From an uncultured bacterium (GTDB lineage Bacteria; Omnitrophota; Gorgyraeia; Zapsychrales; Aceulaceae): a stretch of DNA of 53,719 nucleotides. The notes under the pieces are model-generated. The model saw only the letters and a list, made by a program, of their open reading frames with translations, had not been told where the DNA came from and made no database searches. Positions 43,136-53,634 of the stretch are shown here, in pieces. Both the position numbers and the translations under genes were made by a program. The first letter of the stretch is position 1. The number at the start of each line of letters is the position of its first letter. The DNA is taken from the NCBI GenBank assembly GCA_937930175.1, contig CALGLP010000016.1, positions 1 to 53,719 of the forward strand, in the 5' to 3' direction.

Positions 43136-44794
43136 TTAATTAAGCTGGTAAACAATGGGGATCGTCACGCTTATCTGCTTTAAGGTCACGTCTGAAGGAA
43201 AGGCACCATACGGAGAAAGTCTATGAACAGTCTCCAGCGCGGCCTCGTCTAAAATCGTCGACCCCGAAGACTTGCTAACCGACGCCGTAACCAAGGATCC
43301 CGTCTTAATGATTGTCAAGGCTACCTCTACGGCTCCCTGTGCCTTGGTGTCTTTGGCAAATTGAGGATAAAAAATATTCTTGGCAATATGCTCTTGAACG
43401 CTGCGAATATACTCCGCCATGATTCCAGGAACAGCGATGGGCTGATACGTTGGTTGAGGAAGATCTGTTTCTGTTTTTGCAAGAGAGGCAATCACGCTTT
43501 GATTTTTTTCTTCTTGAACCTTGCTTTCCTTCTTAGCCTCATCGCCCTCTTGTTGCTTTTTTTCATTTGTCTGAACGACCCTTGGGGTCAAGCTAATGAA
43601 AAGCTCTGTTTGCGCATTAGGATCATTTGATTGACTTCTAAAGAAAATCCCAATGATTGGCAACGACCCTAACAAAGGAACCCTCTTGACGTTGACACCT
43701 TTACTATCCTTAATAAAACCCGCAAGAATGATCGTTTGCCCTGAATCTAAATAAAGCTTGGTCTGCGCTGAGCGCTTCGTATAACCAACATCACTTCCAA
43801 CCTTGGTCGACTCATCAATATCAGAGACATCAACATTAAGATCAATATCGATCTTTCCGCTTTTCTCAACAACAGACTTAATTTTTAAGTCAACCCCATA
43901 ATCATGAAAAGTAATATTCTCAGAAAAGCTGCCTCCCGAGCTTGTTGTTGTGGTCCGGATAGGAACCTCACCTCCAACTGAAAATGACGCCTCTTCTCCG
44001 CTTTTCACAACAATTTTAGGCTGGGATAGTATTTTGCCTTTCCCCTCTGTGATCAAGGCATTAATTTTTGCTTGTATTGTTGAGGTGCGTGTCATTTTAC
44101 CAATTTTAAAGATATCTCCAAAATCTTTAACATTACCCGTAAGCGCGGTTTCATCAAAAATATAGCTGCCATCACTTTCGCTCGTAGTCCATTCAATCCC
44201 TAGATTTTTTGCATACGTAGAGCTTAATTCAGAAATTTGCATATCAAACTCAACAAGCTCTTTCTTTTCTCTTTCTTTAACAAGATTAACAAGACTTGCG
44301 GCAAAAGGCTCCACAAGGGCATCAAAGGCCTTCTTTTGCTTTTCCTCAACTTCACCAGAAATAACAAGCTTACCCTCGAGCTCACTTTTCTCTAAGGAAA
44401 TATCTTGAATGTCCGCGCTTTTTAAAAGCTCTGCAACGCGAGCCTCAACAAGATCCAAGTCCTCCGCAAAAACCCATACGGTTACTGTGCGCTTGCCATA
44501 TGCATCCCAGATATAAACCTCTGTTTTTCCAGGAGTCTTGGCGGTAACGAGGGCTTCAGTCGGTTTAGTTTCGATAACGTCTGCGATAGCGGGATTGGCG
44601 ATAGCAATCCTTGTAAGATCTTTGGTCCAGATGGTATCTAAATCTCCAACAACGATTTTCAAGTCATTGATATTGTGTCGAAAATAAGACTCATCGAATA
44701 TCTTGGAAAAGACAAGCTTGTGGCTACAGAAGATCGCAGTACAGACAACGCCTGCGGCAAAAAGAACTTTTAGAAAATATTTCTTTCTTTGCAT
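43136..44794 (-). CDS. cpaC: CpaC/RcpA-type secretin with a C-terminal TonB_C-like domain (552 aa)
   Basis: It has a signal peptide and an N-terminal pilus-formation domain (LKIVVGDLDTIWTKDLTRIAIANPAIADV). The secretin core reads GKILSQPKIVVKSGEEASFSVGGEVP...RVPLLGSLPIIGIFFRS...ELFISLTPRVV. After a Lys/Glu/Gln linker, the C-terminal ~95 aa read YPQFAKDTKAQGAVEVALTIIKTGSLVTASVSKSSGSTILDEAALETVHRLSPYGAFP...IPIVYQL, which matches the TonB C-terminal pattern. Confidence 0.8.
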   Translation of the reverse strand: MQRKKYFLKVLFAAGVVCTAIFCSHKLVFSKIFDESYFRHNINDLKIVVGDLDTIWTKDLTRIAIANPAIADVIETKPTEALVTAKTPGKTEVYIWDAYGKRTVTVWVFAEDLDLVEARVAELLKSADIQDISLEKSELEGKLVISGEVEEKQKKAFDALVEPFAASLVNLVKEREKKELVEFDMQISELSSTYAKNLGIEWTTSESDGSYIFDETALTGNVKDFGDIFKIGKMTRTSTIQAKINALITEGKGKILSQPKIVVKSGEEASFSVGGEVPIRTTTTSSGGSFSENITFHDYGVDLKIKSVVEKSGKIDIDLNVDVSDIDESTKVGSDVGYTKRSAQTKLYLDSGQTIILAGFIKDSKGVNVKRVPLLGSLPIIGIFFRSQSNDPNAQTELFISLTPRVVQTNEKKQQEGDEAKKESKVQEEKNQSVIASLAKTETDLPQPTYQPIAVPGIMAEYIRSVQEHIAKNIFYPQFAKDTKAQGAVEVALTIIKTGSLVTASVSKSSGSTILDEAALETVHRLSPYGAFPSDVTLKQISVTIPIVYQLN

Positions 44795-44798
44795 ATCG

Positions 44799-45656
44799 CT
44801 ATTTTACCCCACTTCGATAAATCTCAATGGAAGATGATGGCTCTTCTTTCTGCGCTTCTTTCTTTTTAGGAGCAACCGGTGAATTGATCATGACACCTTG
44901 TGTTGACTCTAAATAATTTTTTAATGTTTCCCACGTTGCTGACGGCAAACGATAAGAAGAGCTCTCCCCAGAACTTCTCAAAACAAGCTGTAATTTACCA
45001 TGCAATTCAGCAAACGTCAAAAGTTCTGCTTGCTCAGGATCAACAGCAAAGGTAATCGTCAAGCTAGTTGTTTTTTGCTGACCGTCAAAATCAGATGGAC
45101 TGTCTACATTTGAGCCTATGGCTAAAATTTGAATATTTTGAAAAAGCGTAAGAGTTGTCTTCTGCATTTTACTAACATCTTGTTTTCCTGAAGCATCTAC
45201 TTGTGTCACCGCATCCGTTGGAAGATCCAAATGCGCCAAGACATCAACAAAGTCTCCTGGATTAAGAAGACCCCCTACTGCCGCTAAAGTCGTTATGTTC
45301 ACCGTAATAGCACGCTTTCCCTCTGGAGTCTTAAGGGCAAGAGATTGTCTCTTAAGCGCAGGCTTCTCGACAACGGGTTGCGTCGCAGGCCTAGCTTGTT
45401 GCTGCTGAACAATACCCTGAAGCTCTTGCTCTACACGATTGGCGTAAGCCTCTTGACTCTGCATCACTTCCCTTTGAGCGCTTTCGAGCGCCTTGACTTT
45501 CTCCATGAGAAAAGCAACTTTTTCTGCTCCTGATCCCTCTTCGATGGTGCGATTGATATGGGCATTGGTCAACACAACCGCTACAATCCCTGCAGCAACC
45601 GCAGCCACAAGAACCATTAATTTTGTTTTATCAAACTTTTTAAAATCTAGTGCCAT
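44799..45656 (-). CDS. cpaB: CpaB/RcpC pilus assembly protein
   Basis: It has an N-terminal TM helix. The motif GKRAITVNITTLAAVGGLLNPGDFVDVLA is typical of the CpaB SAF/RcpC region. Confidence 0.75.
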   Translation of the reverse strand: MALDFKKFDKTKLMVLVAAVAAGIVAVVLTNAHINRTIEEGSGAEKVAFLMEKVKALESAQREVMQSQEAYANRVEQELQGIVQQQQARPATQPVVEKPALKRQSLALKTPEGKRAITVNITTLAAVGGLLNPGDFVDVLAHLDLPTDAVTQVDASGKQDVSKMQKTTLTLFQNIQILAIGSNVDSPSDFDGQQKTTSLTITFAVDPEQAELLTFAELHGKLQLVLRSSGESSSYRLPSATWETLKNYLESTQGVMINSPVAPKKKEAQKEEPSSSIEIYRSGVK

Positions 45657-45666
45657 GGCGTATCGG

Positions 45667-46629
45667 TTATTTTAATAAATCTTGGTTAATGACAATGCTT
45701 GTCTTACTTTTAATGTTTTCAATATAATCGGTAATAACCTTTTGCCTTTTCATGCCCAAAACATATTGCTTGAGCTGATCATAGTCTTCGGGCTTGGCCT
45801 TGATAGTCTCAAGCTTTTCAATCTCTCCGCCACGTTTTTCTTCAAGCTTCACAATATAAAAACCCTTCTTTCCTTTAAAGACACTGCTCGTCTGTCCAGG
45901 CTCAAGAGTCAAAACAATATTGCCGACTTGAGGATCTTCAAAATCCATCAGAAACCCTGCGTCACCACCTTTAACAGCGGTTTCACTAATAGAGTTAACA
46001 CGGGCGGTTTCTGCAAAATCCGCACCTTGCAAGATACCGACTAAGAGCTCCTTGGCCTTGGCTTCATCAGCAACAACAAGCTCTCGGATATGCCATTCAA
46101 CCGGCTGCTGAAAAAGATCTTCATTTTCTTTATCATTATAAAAAGCCTCAACATCCTTGTCTGTGGCCTGGATATTCTCGACTAAACCCTTAGCAAGTTG
46201 TTGCACCATAAGCGTTTTGCGATATTCATCAACGGCCTTGACCACGTCTTTGTCCTTGTCTAATCCTTTTTGCTCTGCTTCTGTGATCAAAAGCTGCTGA
46301 CGAATAAGTTCATCAAGAATCGCGGCTCTATTTTTAGGATCCTTGTCATCAAAATCGCCCATAGCAGTTTTAAGGGCCACAATCTTTTCATTAAATTCTT
46401 GAACAGTAATTATCCAATTACCGACCTTCGCTAAGACATCCTTGCCAGTAGATTCCAAAGAGGCTTGAGGCATGGACGATTCACTCTTGACAGGCTCATC
46501 CGCTGTTTTCTTTTTCATCGACGGGAAATAATCCCCTAAAAAAGAGAGCTTGTCGCAACCGCTGCTAACAAGACTTAGCGCTAAAACAAAACCCATGAAT
46601 AATTTTATCCCCTGTTTTGACGATCTCAT
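45667..46629 (-). CDS. Parvulin-type peptidyl-prolyl isomerase lipoprotein (SurA/PrsA-like)
   Basis: A lipobox-like signal is present (LALSLVSSGC). The rotamase-like C-terminal half reads HIRELVVADEAKAKELL..GADFAETARVNS..GGDAGFL......GQTSSVFKGKKGFYIVKLEEKR. Confidence 0.65.
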   Translation of the reverse strand: MRSSKQGIKLFMGFVLALSLVSSGCDKLSFLGDYFPSMKKKTADEPVKSESSMPQASLESTGKDVLAKVGNWIITVQEFNEKIVALKTAMGDFDDKDPKNRAAILDELIRQQLLITEAEQKGLDKDKDVVKAVDEYRKTLMVQQLAKGLVENIQATDKDVEAFYNDKENEDLFQQPVEWHIRELVVADEAKAKELLVGILQGADFAETARVNSISETAVKGGDAGFLMDFEDPQVGNIVLTLEPGQTSSVFKGKKGFYIVKLEEKRGGEIEKLETIKAKPEDYDQLKQYVLGMKRQKVITDYIENIKSKTSIVINQDLLK

Positions 46630-46737
46630 TTCTTCCTCCTATTTGTTAATATAATCAATGTTATTTTTATTATAAAGAGTAAACTACGGAACTCAAGAGT
46701 TTTTTAACTTTTTGTTAAAAAAATAAAACTATTTTTA

Positions 46738-47634
46738 TTAAGGTCCAGGCGTCCAAGCACAACAACCACCTTGTTCATTTTTCACACACCCTCCACCTGG
46801 GCCCGTTGGACAATGCTCCTGGCAGCATTGAAAAAGAATGCTGCTGTCCGTGCGCGAAAGACACTTTTCAGTATCAGGCCCTATCCCATAAGCAGGAATG
46901 CTATAGTTAAATGGTGAGGTGTATTCACAACCTCCCCAATTACAAGCTGCCCAAAAACAACAAGAATCTGCTTCGCATGCACCCTGATCCTGATACATAA
47001 CGCATGTACATGTTAAAGGGTTTGGGGCATTCTGACTTGTGCAATATTCATTTGCAACGCACTCGGTACCAGCACCAGTACAAGTATCTTTTGTACAATC
47101 ACAACTACCTATCGACATTGCACAGTCAGATGACGGCCTATTTTCACAACTTTCGGCACTTGTTATACAATTTCCGGAAGGATCGTCTTCTTTTATAATT
47201 TTCCAATAGCAACATTCGTTCGCACAGCAATCGTTATGGGAAGAAGAAAAATTATTACAAGTCACAGAGCTGCAATCGACCTCACAGCGGCAAGCATTTG
47301 GATCTGGGGGAACAAAGGCACAATTTTGAGCAGGTCTTTTTTTACAACTTCCATCCGCTGGAATAGAAAACGACTGCGTCCTCCAATAACAACAATCAAG
47401 CGAAAGACAGCAACTATCATGCGCTAATCCTTCGCACGTTACAGAACTACAACCGCTCACATTAGCGCTAACGCTATAATCATGCTGAGCCTGCTCGGCG
47501 GAGATTTCCCAAGAACGCATATAGGCATTGACGCTACGAATGACATAAGGCCCCATCACAACGATACCAGCCAAAACAAGGATGGTGATCATGATAAACT
47601 CTAAAGTGGATTGGGCACGAAAAGGTTTTTTCAT
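46738..47634 (-). CDS. Pilin-like N-terminus fused to an extremely Cys-rich domain (298 aa)
   Basis: The N-terminus is MKKPFRAQSTLEFIMITILVLAGIVVMGPY. I count about 38 Cys afterwards. The module CSSVTC-x8-10-CC-x3-CCYW occurs twice, with a degenerate third copy. Confidence 0.6.
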   Translation of the reverse strand: MKKPFRAQSTLEFIMITILVLAGIVVMGPYVIRSVNAYMRSWEISAEQAQHDYSVSANVSGCSSVTCEGLAHDSCCLSLDCCYWRTQSFSIPADGSCKKRPAQNCAFVPPDPNACRCEVDCSSVTCNNFSSSHNDCCANECCYWKIIKEDDPSGNCITSAESCENRPSSDCAMSIGSCDCTKDTCTGAGTECVANEYCTSQNAPNPLTCTCVMYQDQGACEADSCCFWAACNWGGCEYTSPFNYSIPAYGIGPDTEKCLSRTDSSILFQCCQEHCPTGPGGGCVKNEQGGCCAWTPGP

Positions 47635-47688
47635 CTGTACTTCCTTAATACTAAGTATAACCGTTATTTTTTATTACGCAAAAAGAAA

Positions 47689-48015
47689 TTATTTTCTTTC
47701 CTTAAAATTTTTAATTAATTGTTCTAACTTTAAAAAGTTTTCGTTAAACAAGGGCTCCTCTTTCGCATTTTCAGTCGCAGGCGCTATCTGCTTTGGCTCT
47801 ATCTGAGCAATCGTATCCGCAAGGCCAGCCTGGGCATCCGCCTGCTCAAGAACATTTTTTAAATTCTTAAGCTCCTTATCAGCTTCACCTTGCGCCGCTG
47901 GCTCCTTGGCAGCTTCCGCGGGACCAGGATCCTTCTTGAGTTCTTTTAAAACGTTCTCGATGCTTGATTCGCTAGGAATATTATCCATGATCGTTGACCC
48001 CAATAGAGAATGCAA
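47689..48015 (-). CDS. Hypothetical acidic/Lys-rich protein (108 aa)
   Basis: The ORF is in line with its neighbours and has a low-complexity, helical-looking sequence. I recognise no motif. Confidence 0.35.
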   Translation of the reverse strand: MHSLLGSTIMDNIPSESSIENVLKELKKDPGPAEAAKEPAAQGEADKELKNLKNVLEQADAQAGLADTIAQIEPKQIAPATENAKEEPLFNENFLKLEQLIKNFKERK

Positions 48016-48090
48016 ACCTTAATTGTGTATTCATTGCAACTCTCAGTTGAGTTTTTCCCCGCCATTCTTTCTACCGGCCAATCAAATTCT

Positions 48091-49080
48091 CTAACGGGGC
48101 AAGACTTGTTGCGCCTGCTCTTTTTCTTCACACAGCTCTGCAAGTGTAGCCTTAATTTTTTCTTTAGCAAAGTCTGATAAAGGAACGCCTTGGACAATGC
48201 TCCAGTCTTTTCCGTCGCTGACAACAGGAAAACTAAACATGATCCCAGAAGGAACGCCATAGCTTCCATCCGAGGATACCGCCACGGAAAAGAAAGTCCC
48301 TGCCGGCGTCGGCGTCACAAGCCTTTTGACGGTTTGCACAACACCTTCGGCAGCAGAAGCAGCCGAAGACTTTCCGCGCGCGCGAAGAATCTCTGCGCCG
48401 CGCTTTTGAATCATTTCAATAAATGCTGTTTGAAGCCAAGCCTTATCGGTAATCACCTGCGGCAAAGCCTTACCATCAATCAAGGCATTTTCAAAATCAG
48501 GATATTGCGTGGCTGAATGGTTTCCCCAGATGGCCAGATGAGTCACTTGTGCAATGCCGACGCCAGCCTTTTTCGCAAGCTGAAAAACAGCACGGTTTTG
48601 GTCAAGCATGGTCATGGCGAAAAAATGCTGCGGCGGAATATTTTTGCAAACACTTTTAGCAATGAAAGCGTTTGTATTGCAAGGATTTCCAACAACCAAG
48701 ACCTTGCAGCTTTTTTTCGCGTACGCATCTAAGGCCTTGCCCTGCTCAATAAAAATCTTTCCGTTAATCGCAAGAAGATCTTTGCGCTCCATACCAGGCT
48801 TGCGCGGAACGCTTCCCACCAAAAGCGCCCAATCAACATCGGTAAAAGCCTCGGCTAAGACCGATGTTGTTTTTGCAGACTTTAAAAGAGGAAAGGCGCC
48901 ATCTTCAAGCTCCATAACAAGCCCGGCCAAGGCTGGCAAGGCTTCAGGAAGCTCAAGAAGGCTAAGCTCAATCTCTGTTTCAAGGCCAAACATCTCTCCA
49001 GCGACGATGCGAAACAACAGCGCATACCCGATTTGGCCTCCCGCGCCTGTAATCGCAATCTTGATTTTCTTATTGGACAT
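48091..49080 (-). CDS. mdh: Malate dehydrogenase (NAD-dependent, LDH-like type 2)
   Basis: The N-terminus is [28 protein letters not shown]. Further matches are VGNPCNTNA and [12 protein letters not shown]. The 329-aa length fits. Confidence 0.85.
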   Translation of the reverse strand: MSNKKIKIAITGAGGQIGYALLFRIVAGEMFGLETEIELSLLELPEALPALAGLVMELEDGAFPLLKSAKTTSVLAEAFTDVDWALLVGSVPRKPGMERKDLLAINGKIFIEQGKALDAYAKKSCKVLVVGNPCNTNAFIAKSVCKNIPPQHFFAMTMLDQNRAVFQLAKKAGVGIAQVTHLAIWGNHSATQYPDFENALIDGKALPQVITDKAWLQTAFIEMIQKRGAEILRARGKSSAASAAEGVVQTVKRLVTPTPAGTFFSVAVSSDGSYGVPSGIMFSFPVVSDGKDWSIVQGVPLSDFAKEKIKATLAELCEEKEQAQQVLPR

Positions 49081-49209
49081 AAAATAAACTCTCGTTAAAA
49101 TTAATTAAAGATAGTTAAACATAAAGGCTGAGCGCCGGAAAAACCTTACGATCTTCTGTTTTTTTCTTTTTCTCTTTTCCATCTTCTAACCTCTTATCTT
49201 CTTACTTTT

Positions 49210-50199
49210 TTATTCCTCCGGCACACAAAAAGGAAATTTCTTTTCTGTTAAAAACGAAACAACGGCTTCGATGCTCTGCTGCGCTTTTCGCTCTACCGCC
49301 TCTTGCGTATTAAACCCATTATGCGGCGTCAACATCACGTTGTTTCTTTTGCTTAAATCTAAAACAATGGCTGTTTTGGCGTCGGCTGGCGTCTTTTGGT
49401 CTGAACGTAGCCACTGCGCAACCACATCCTCATCGTCATAAACATCCAGGCCTAAACCACCTAAGATATGCTCATCCAAGAGACGCTTCAAATCATGCAA
49501 CGGCGAAATTTCTCCTCGGGCAACATTAACAAAAACCGTTCCTGTTTTGACGCGGCTTAGCGTTTCATAACCTAGCATGGCTCTAGTTTCGTTTGTGAGC
49601 GAACAAGCGCAAACAACAATATCGGCCCAGGCCAAACCTGAAATCAAATCTGTGTATTCTAGCGATGCAAGTTTCTGGTCAATGTCAACACCAGCCACCT
49701 TCATATGAAAGCCTCTGGCGATGTCCACAACCTCTGCGCCGATATGGCCAACACCGACAACAAGGATCTTTTTGTCCTGACACTCACGTCCCGTCAGGCC
49801 ATCGCGATCAAAAGACAAAACATGTTCTTGCTGGTCCTTGGCCTTGCGCAACACGCTTAAGATCATCAAAAAGGCCTGCTCAGCCACAGCACGCGCGCAA
49901 TACGACGGAAGATATCCTAGCGCCACAATTGTCTGTGCTTGTTTTTTAAAATCTAAAACGTGTTCGAAACCTGTGCTGCGCGTTAAAATTCCTTCAAGAC
50001 CCTTGCCCCAAGCGAAAGGAATTTTTGACTGTGTGCGAATGCTGATCAAAGAACATGGGATCTCTTGATACGAGCTTTCCTGGATTGTTTGCGATGTCCA
50101 TTGGGCCTTGATGTGCGACGGGCAAAGCTTTTTTAAAAGCGCTGCCTCTTCCTCAAAGGCTTCAAAGAAAACAATATCTGGCCTTCGCTCCGTTACCAT
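49210..50199 (-). CDS. D-isomer-specific 2-hydroxyacid dehydrogenase family protein
   Basis: The NAD fold motif is [24 protein letters not shown]. Other family motifs are [20 protein letters not shown] and [13 protein letters not shown]. Confidence 0.8.
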   Translation of the reverse strand: MVTERRPDIVFFEAFEEEAALLKKLCPSHIKAQWTSQTIQESSYQEIPCSLISIRTQSKIPFAWGKGLEGILTRSTGFEHVLDFKKQAQTIVALGYLPSYCARAVAEQAFLMILSVLRKAKDQQEHVLSFDRDGLTGRECQDKKILVVGVGHIGAEVVDIARGFHMKVAGVDIDQKLASLEYTDLISGLAWADIVVCACSLTNETRAMLGYETLSRVKTGTVFVNVARGEISPLHDLKRLLDEHILGGLGLDVYDDEDVVAQWLRSDQKTPADAKTAIVLDLSKRNNVMLTPHNGFNTQEAVERKAQQSIEAVVSFLTEKKFPFCVPEE

Positions 50200-51584
50200 T
50201 TTCCGGTTTTACACGCCTTGGCCTTGGGTAGATCTTTCATCTTGGCAATAGAATCGTTTAATTCTCCGTCGGACAATGAATAGGGCTGAAGCTGGCCGGT
50301 CAAAAACTTTTCATACCCCATCAAGTCCATCAACCCATGGCCGCTATAATTAAACAAAATCACTTTTTCTTTGCCTTCGTCTTTAGCCTTCTTGGCTTCA
50401 TCAATGGCGCACGCAATCGCATGACTTGTTTCTGGAGCACAAATCGCACCCTCGGTCTTGGCCCAAAGGATCGCAGACTCATAGCACTTGACTTGATCAT
50501 AGGCGCGCGGCGTCACAAGCCCTTCGACGATCGTCTGGCTGACCAACGGCGCCATCCCATGATAGCGTAACCCTCCGGCGTGAATCGGAGCTGGAATAAA
50601 GCCATGGCCTAACGAATACATCGCTAGCAATGGCGTCATACCGGCACAGTCGCCAAAATCATAGGTAAAAATTCCTCTGGTCATCTTAGGACACGCTGAT
50701 GGCTCCACGGCAATAATATCTATTTTCTTTCCATGAATTTTGTCGTTTACAAAAGGAAAGGCGAGTCCCGCAAAATTGCTGCCGCCACCAGCACAACCAA
50801 TCACAACATCAACCTTTTTCTCTTTAACAAGCTCGAGCTGCTTTTTGGCTTCAAGGCCAATGATGGTTTGATGCAAAAGCACGTGATTAAGAACGCTCCC
50901 TAACGAATAACGCGTCTTTCCCGTTTTGTCAGCAACCGCCTCTTCAATGGCTTCGCTAATCGCAATCCCAAGGCTACCGGGCGTATTTGGCATTTCCTTT
51001 AAAATTTTTCGCCCGATCTCTGTTTCGGGGCTTGGGCTGGCAACACATTTTCCACCCCAGGTCATCATCATGGCTTTTCTTAAAGGCTTTTGGTCAAAGC
51101 TCACGCGCACCATAAACACTTTACACTCAAGACCCAAAAGACAACACGCGAAAGACAAGGCGCTTCCCCACTGACCAGCGCCGGTTTCGGTTGTCAATTT
51201 CTTGATACCAAATTGTTTGTTGTACCAAGCTTGGGCCACGGCGGTATTAGGCTTGTGGCTTCCCGCGGGCGAAACACTTTCATCCTTATAATAAATTTTT
51301 GCTGGAGTCTTTAAATATTGCTCCAAATAAACTGCCCTGCGTAATGGTGCCGGCCTCCAGCGATAAAGAATCTCTAGAATTTCTGTTGGGATATCAATCC
51401 ATCGATTAGAACTCATCTCCTGCTCTATCAAGTTCATAGGAAAAACAGTCGAGAGCATGTCCGGCGTGATGGGTTTCCCGTCAGGACCCAAGGGTGGCAG
51501 GAGCGGTGTGGGAAGATCAGCGGCTAAATTGTACCACTTGCGCGGCATCTCTTGTTCTTTAAGAAAAATCTTTTTTTCGTGCAC
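50193..51584 (-). CDS. trpB: TrpB2-type tryptophan synthase beta-like PLP enzyme
   Basis: [27 protein letters not shown] contains the PLP lysine motif. [16 protein letters not shown] is also present. The 463-aa length and N-terminal extension are typical of TrpB2. It overlaps the downstream gene by 7 nt. Confidence 0.8.
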   Translation of the reverse strand: MHEKKIFLKEQEMPRKWYNLAADLPTPLLPPLGPDGKPITPDMLSTVFPMNLIEQEMSSNRWIDIPTEILEILYRWRPAPLRRAVYLEQYLKTPAKIYYKDESVSPAGSHKPNTAVAQAWYNKQFGIKKLTTETGAGQWGSALSFACCLLGLECKVFMVRVSFDQKPLRKAMMMTWGGKCVASPSPETEIGRKILKEMPNTPGSLGIAISEAIEEAVADKTGKTRYSLGSVLNHVLLHQTIIGLEAKKQLELVKEKKVDVVIGCAGGGSNFAGLAFPFVNDKIHGKKIDIIAVEPSACPKMTRGIFTYDFGDCAGMTPLLAMYSLGHGFIPAPIHAGGLRYHGMAPLVSQTIVEGLVTPRAYDQVKCYESAILWAKTEGAICAPETSHAIACAIDEAKKAKDEGKEKVILFNYSGHGLMDLMGYEKFLTGQLQPYSLSDGELNDSIAKMKDLPKAKACKTGKW

Positions 51585-51619
51585 GGCTCGCCTCCTTGTT
51601 CTAGATATTTTATAGTATT

Positions 51620-52957
51620 CTAAGGAATAAATTGCATGGTGCGCAACAAATGAAAACTGATCGGATCTAAAAGCCCGGTTTTAAAAAAAATAGAATAAAA
51701 ATTTAACCAATTTGTCGTAAAAAGAAAAATAATAATCAGAAGCGTTATCTTAGCAGCATGCCCTTCCCCTACTTTCTTTGAAATTTTCAGAATATAGAAA
51801 AACGCAAAAAGAGCTATAACCATTTCAAGGCTGATAACAAATCTTACTACCTTTGTGTGCGAGAGGCTACTAAAAAACACAAAAATAGAAACACAATAAA
51901 AGAGCAAATATCTTTCCATCAAGGTTTTCTTCTTTTCTAACAATAACCAAAAAAACTGGCCCAAAAAAAGCAACATCATACAAGGCGATAACAACAAAAA
52001 ATCAACAAGATATCGATACCAAGGACCAACACAAAAAACTGTAGCATATTGATTGGAATAGTGCGGATCAAAATGCGTACTCAGAATGGCCTTGATCGCG
52101 ACAAAAATATTCTCCCACCCTCCCAAGGCAACAAAAAAACAAGGTCCGGCTATGGCAATAGGCCCCAGAAGAATTCCCCAGAAATAAATTCGAGGAACAG
52201 CTAAATTAAAATATTTGCGCTCAACTAAAAAAAAGAAAGCAAAGAGTGGCAAAAGAATCACCGACGCTTCTTTGACCAACAAGGCCCAGGCAAGACTTGC
52301 AATCAAGAAAAAATACTTTTTAGCCTGAGGTTTATGGAGCCCCACAACTGAAGTCGTCCCCTTTTCCAGAAAAGGGCGAACATCCGCCGAAGCACTGACA
52401 ATACCACTTTCGCGTTCCTCCGCCCCGTTCTTTAGCGGGGCAGCATCCTGCGTAGGTGGATGGAGAAAATCGAAAAACAGCCAAAAGCTTAAAGCCCACG
52501 ATAAGTTGATCATGCTGTCCGTCAGCGCCCTGCGCGACATCGCCAAGAGAAGCGGTGAAGAGCTCAAAAGGGCTGTGGCGTGCCAGGCCGCTGCTTCATC
52601 AACGTATTTCTTGATGAAATAAAAAGAAATCCACAAAAAACACAAAAAACTGACGAACGAAATCAAACCAAGCAAAACATAGCTTGGCCCAAAAATCCTA
52701 AAAAGAATTGAAACAATAAAAAGATAGCCAATTCTTGTTGGCGCAGGATGATATCGGGCTTTTTCATCACCGGCATACCATGAAAGCAATTTCTTAAGCC
52801 CAGGGAGCCCTTCTTGCTCGATCTGAGAGCCATAGCGATAATAATACCCTTCATCGGACCACGGATAATATTGCTTTTCAGGAACAAGGTTGAACGCCAA
52901 GAAGGCAACAGAAAACACAACTAAGAGAAAAAGAATGATTCGCGAATGTCTATTCAT
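51620..52957 (-). CDS. Multi-pass membrane glycosyltransferase-like protein (GT39/ArnT-PMT-like)
   Basis: It has more than 10 hydrophobic helices, and the first loop reads [14 protein letters not shown] (a DE motif as in GT-C enzymes). The start is trimmed from 53032 to the Met at 52955-52957 ([15 protein letters not shown]). Confidence 0.5.
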   Translation of the reverse strand: MNRHSRIILFLLVVFSVAFLAFNLVPEKQYYPWSDEGYYYRYGSQIEQEGLPGLKKLLSWYAGDEKARYHPAPTRIGYLFIVSILFRIFGPSYVLLGLISFVSFLCFLWISFYFIKKYVDEAAAWHATALLSSSPLLLAMSRRALTDSMINLSWALSFWLFFDFLHPPTQDAAPLKNGAEERESGIVSASADVRPFLEKGTTSVVGLHKPQAKKYFFLIASLAWALLVKEASVILLPLFAFFFLVERKYFNLAVPRIYFWGILLGPIAIAGPCFFVALGGWENIFVAIKAILSTHFDPHYSNQYATVFCVGPWYRYLVDFLLLSPCMMLLFLGQFFWLLLEKKKTLMERYLLFYCVSIFVFFSSLSHTKVVRFVISLEMVIALFAFFYILKISKKVGEGHAAKITLLIIIFLFTTNWLNFYSIFFKTGLLDPISFHLLRTMQFIP

Positions 52958-53346
52958 TATTTTATCTTTCTCATTTTTTACAAAAAATAGCCATTGAAAC
53001 GATTTTGATGCACCATCCATTAAAAACAACACTTAAACATTACATCAAAATAAAAGGTGTTAATAAGAATAAACGACATGTTAAAAAGGAAAACAAAAAA
53101 GCAAACGTACTAATTCTTTTGACTAAAATTTTTCTATTAAACATATTTTAATAAAACGCCACAAAAAAAGCCCCACTGAAAAAAGTTAAATTGCTAAACA
53201 ATAAATAATAATCTTGGACTATTCCCAAAGAGATACATATTGACGCTTAAAGCAATGCTCTCAGGCTTATAAAATACAAAAAGATATTGCTTTTTATACA
53301 GATCAATGATTTTGGGCCGCCTTAAAAAGGCGGCCCAACGCTTAAA

Positions 53347-53634
53347 CGACCCCAACGGGATCCGGCTTCACTAAATACTTAGCGTGTTTAGCTTCGCCGG
53401 ATTTTACGTTCTTCTCTGGACGAAGCCAGGCGAAATCAAACACGTTAAGTTTTTGATAAAGACTGGCGACCCCAACGGGATAAGATTTGAATGGTTTCGC
53501 TACGCTCAACCACTTCCTCGCCAAAGCCTCGGTCGCCCGCTCACTTCGTTCGTGCGGAGTTCTTTCGCGAGATCCTTTACTTTTTTGGCTTGCCTGGACA
53601 GGCAAGCCAAAAAAATAAACGACCCCAACGGGAT
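53347..53634 (-). repeat. Three direct copies of the 15-nt 3' end of tRNA-Glu (cgaccccaacgggat on the plus strand)
   Basis: Copies lie at 53347-53361, 53467-53481 and 53620-53634 (the last inside the tRNA), with spacings of 120 and 153 nt. The middle copy also retains a ttgaa T-loop remnant after a 5-nt insertion. Confidence 0.85.
53581..53615. other. Hairpin immediately 3' of tRNA-Glu (T-run, 8-bp GC stem, A-run)
   Basis: The sequence is tttttt-ggcttgcc-tggaca-ggcaagcc-aaaaaaa. On both strands the stem is preceded by U and followed by A, so it is not in canonical intrinsic-terminator orientation. Confidence 0.7.

Noticed and set aside
47946-48269. A 107-aa minus-strand ORF overlapping the 3' end of mdh.
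   Set aside because: It is out of frame with, and largely inside, the well-supported mdh gene. It has no motif.
53581-53615. The hairpins next to tRNA-Glu (53581-53615) and at 53313-53337 could be rho-independent terminators.
   Set aside because: On both strands the stems are preceded by U-runs and followed by A-runs, the reverse of the canonical layout. I report them only as hairpins.
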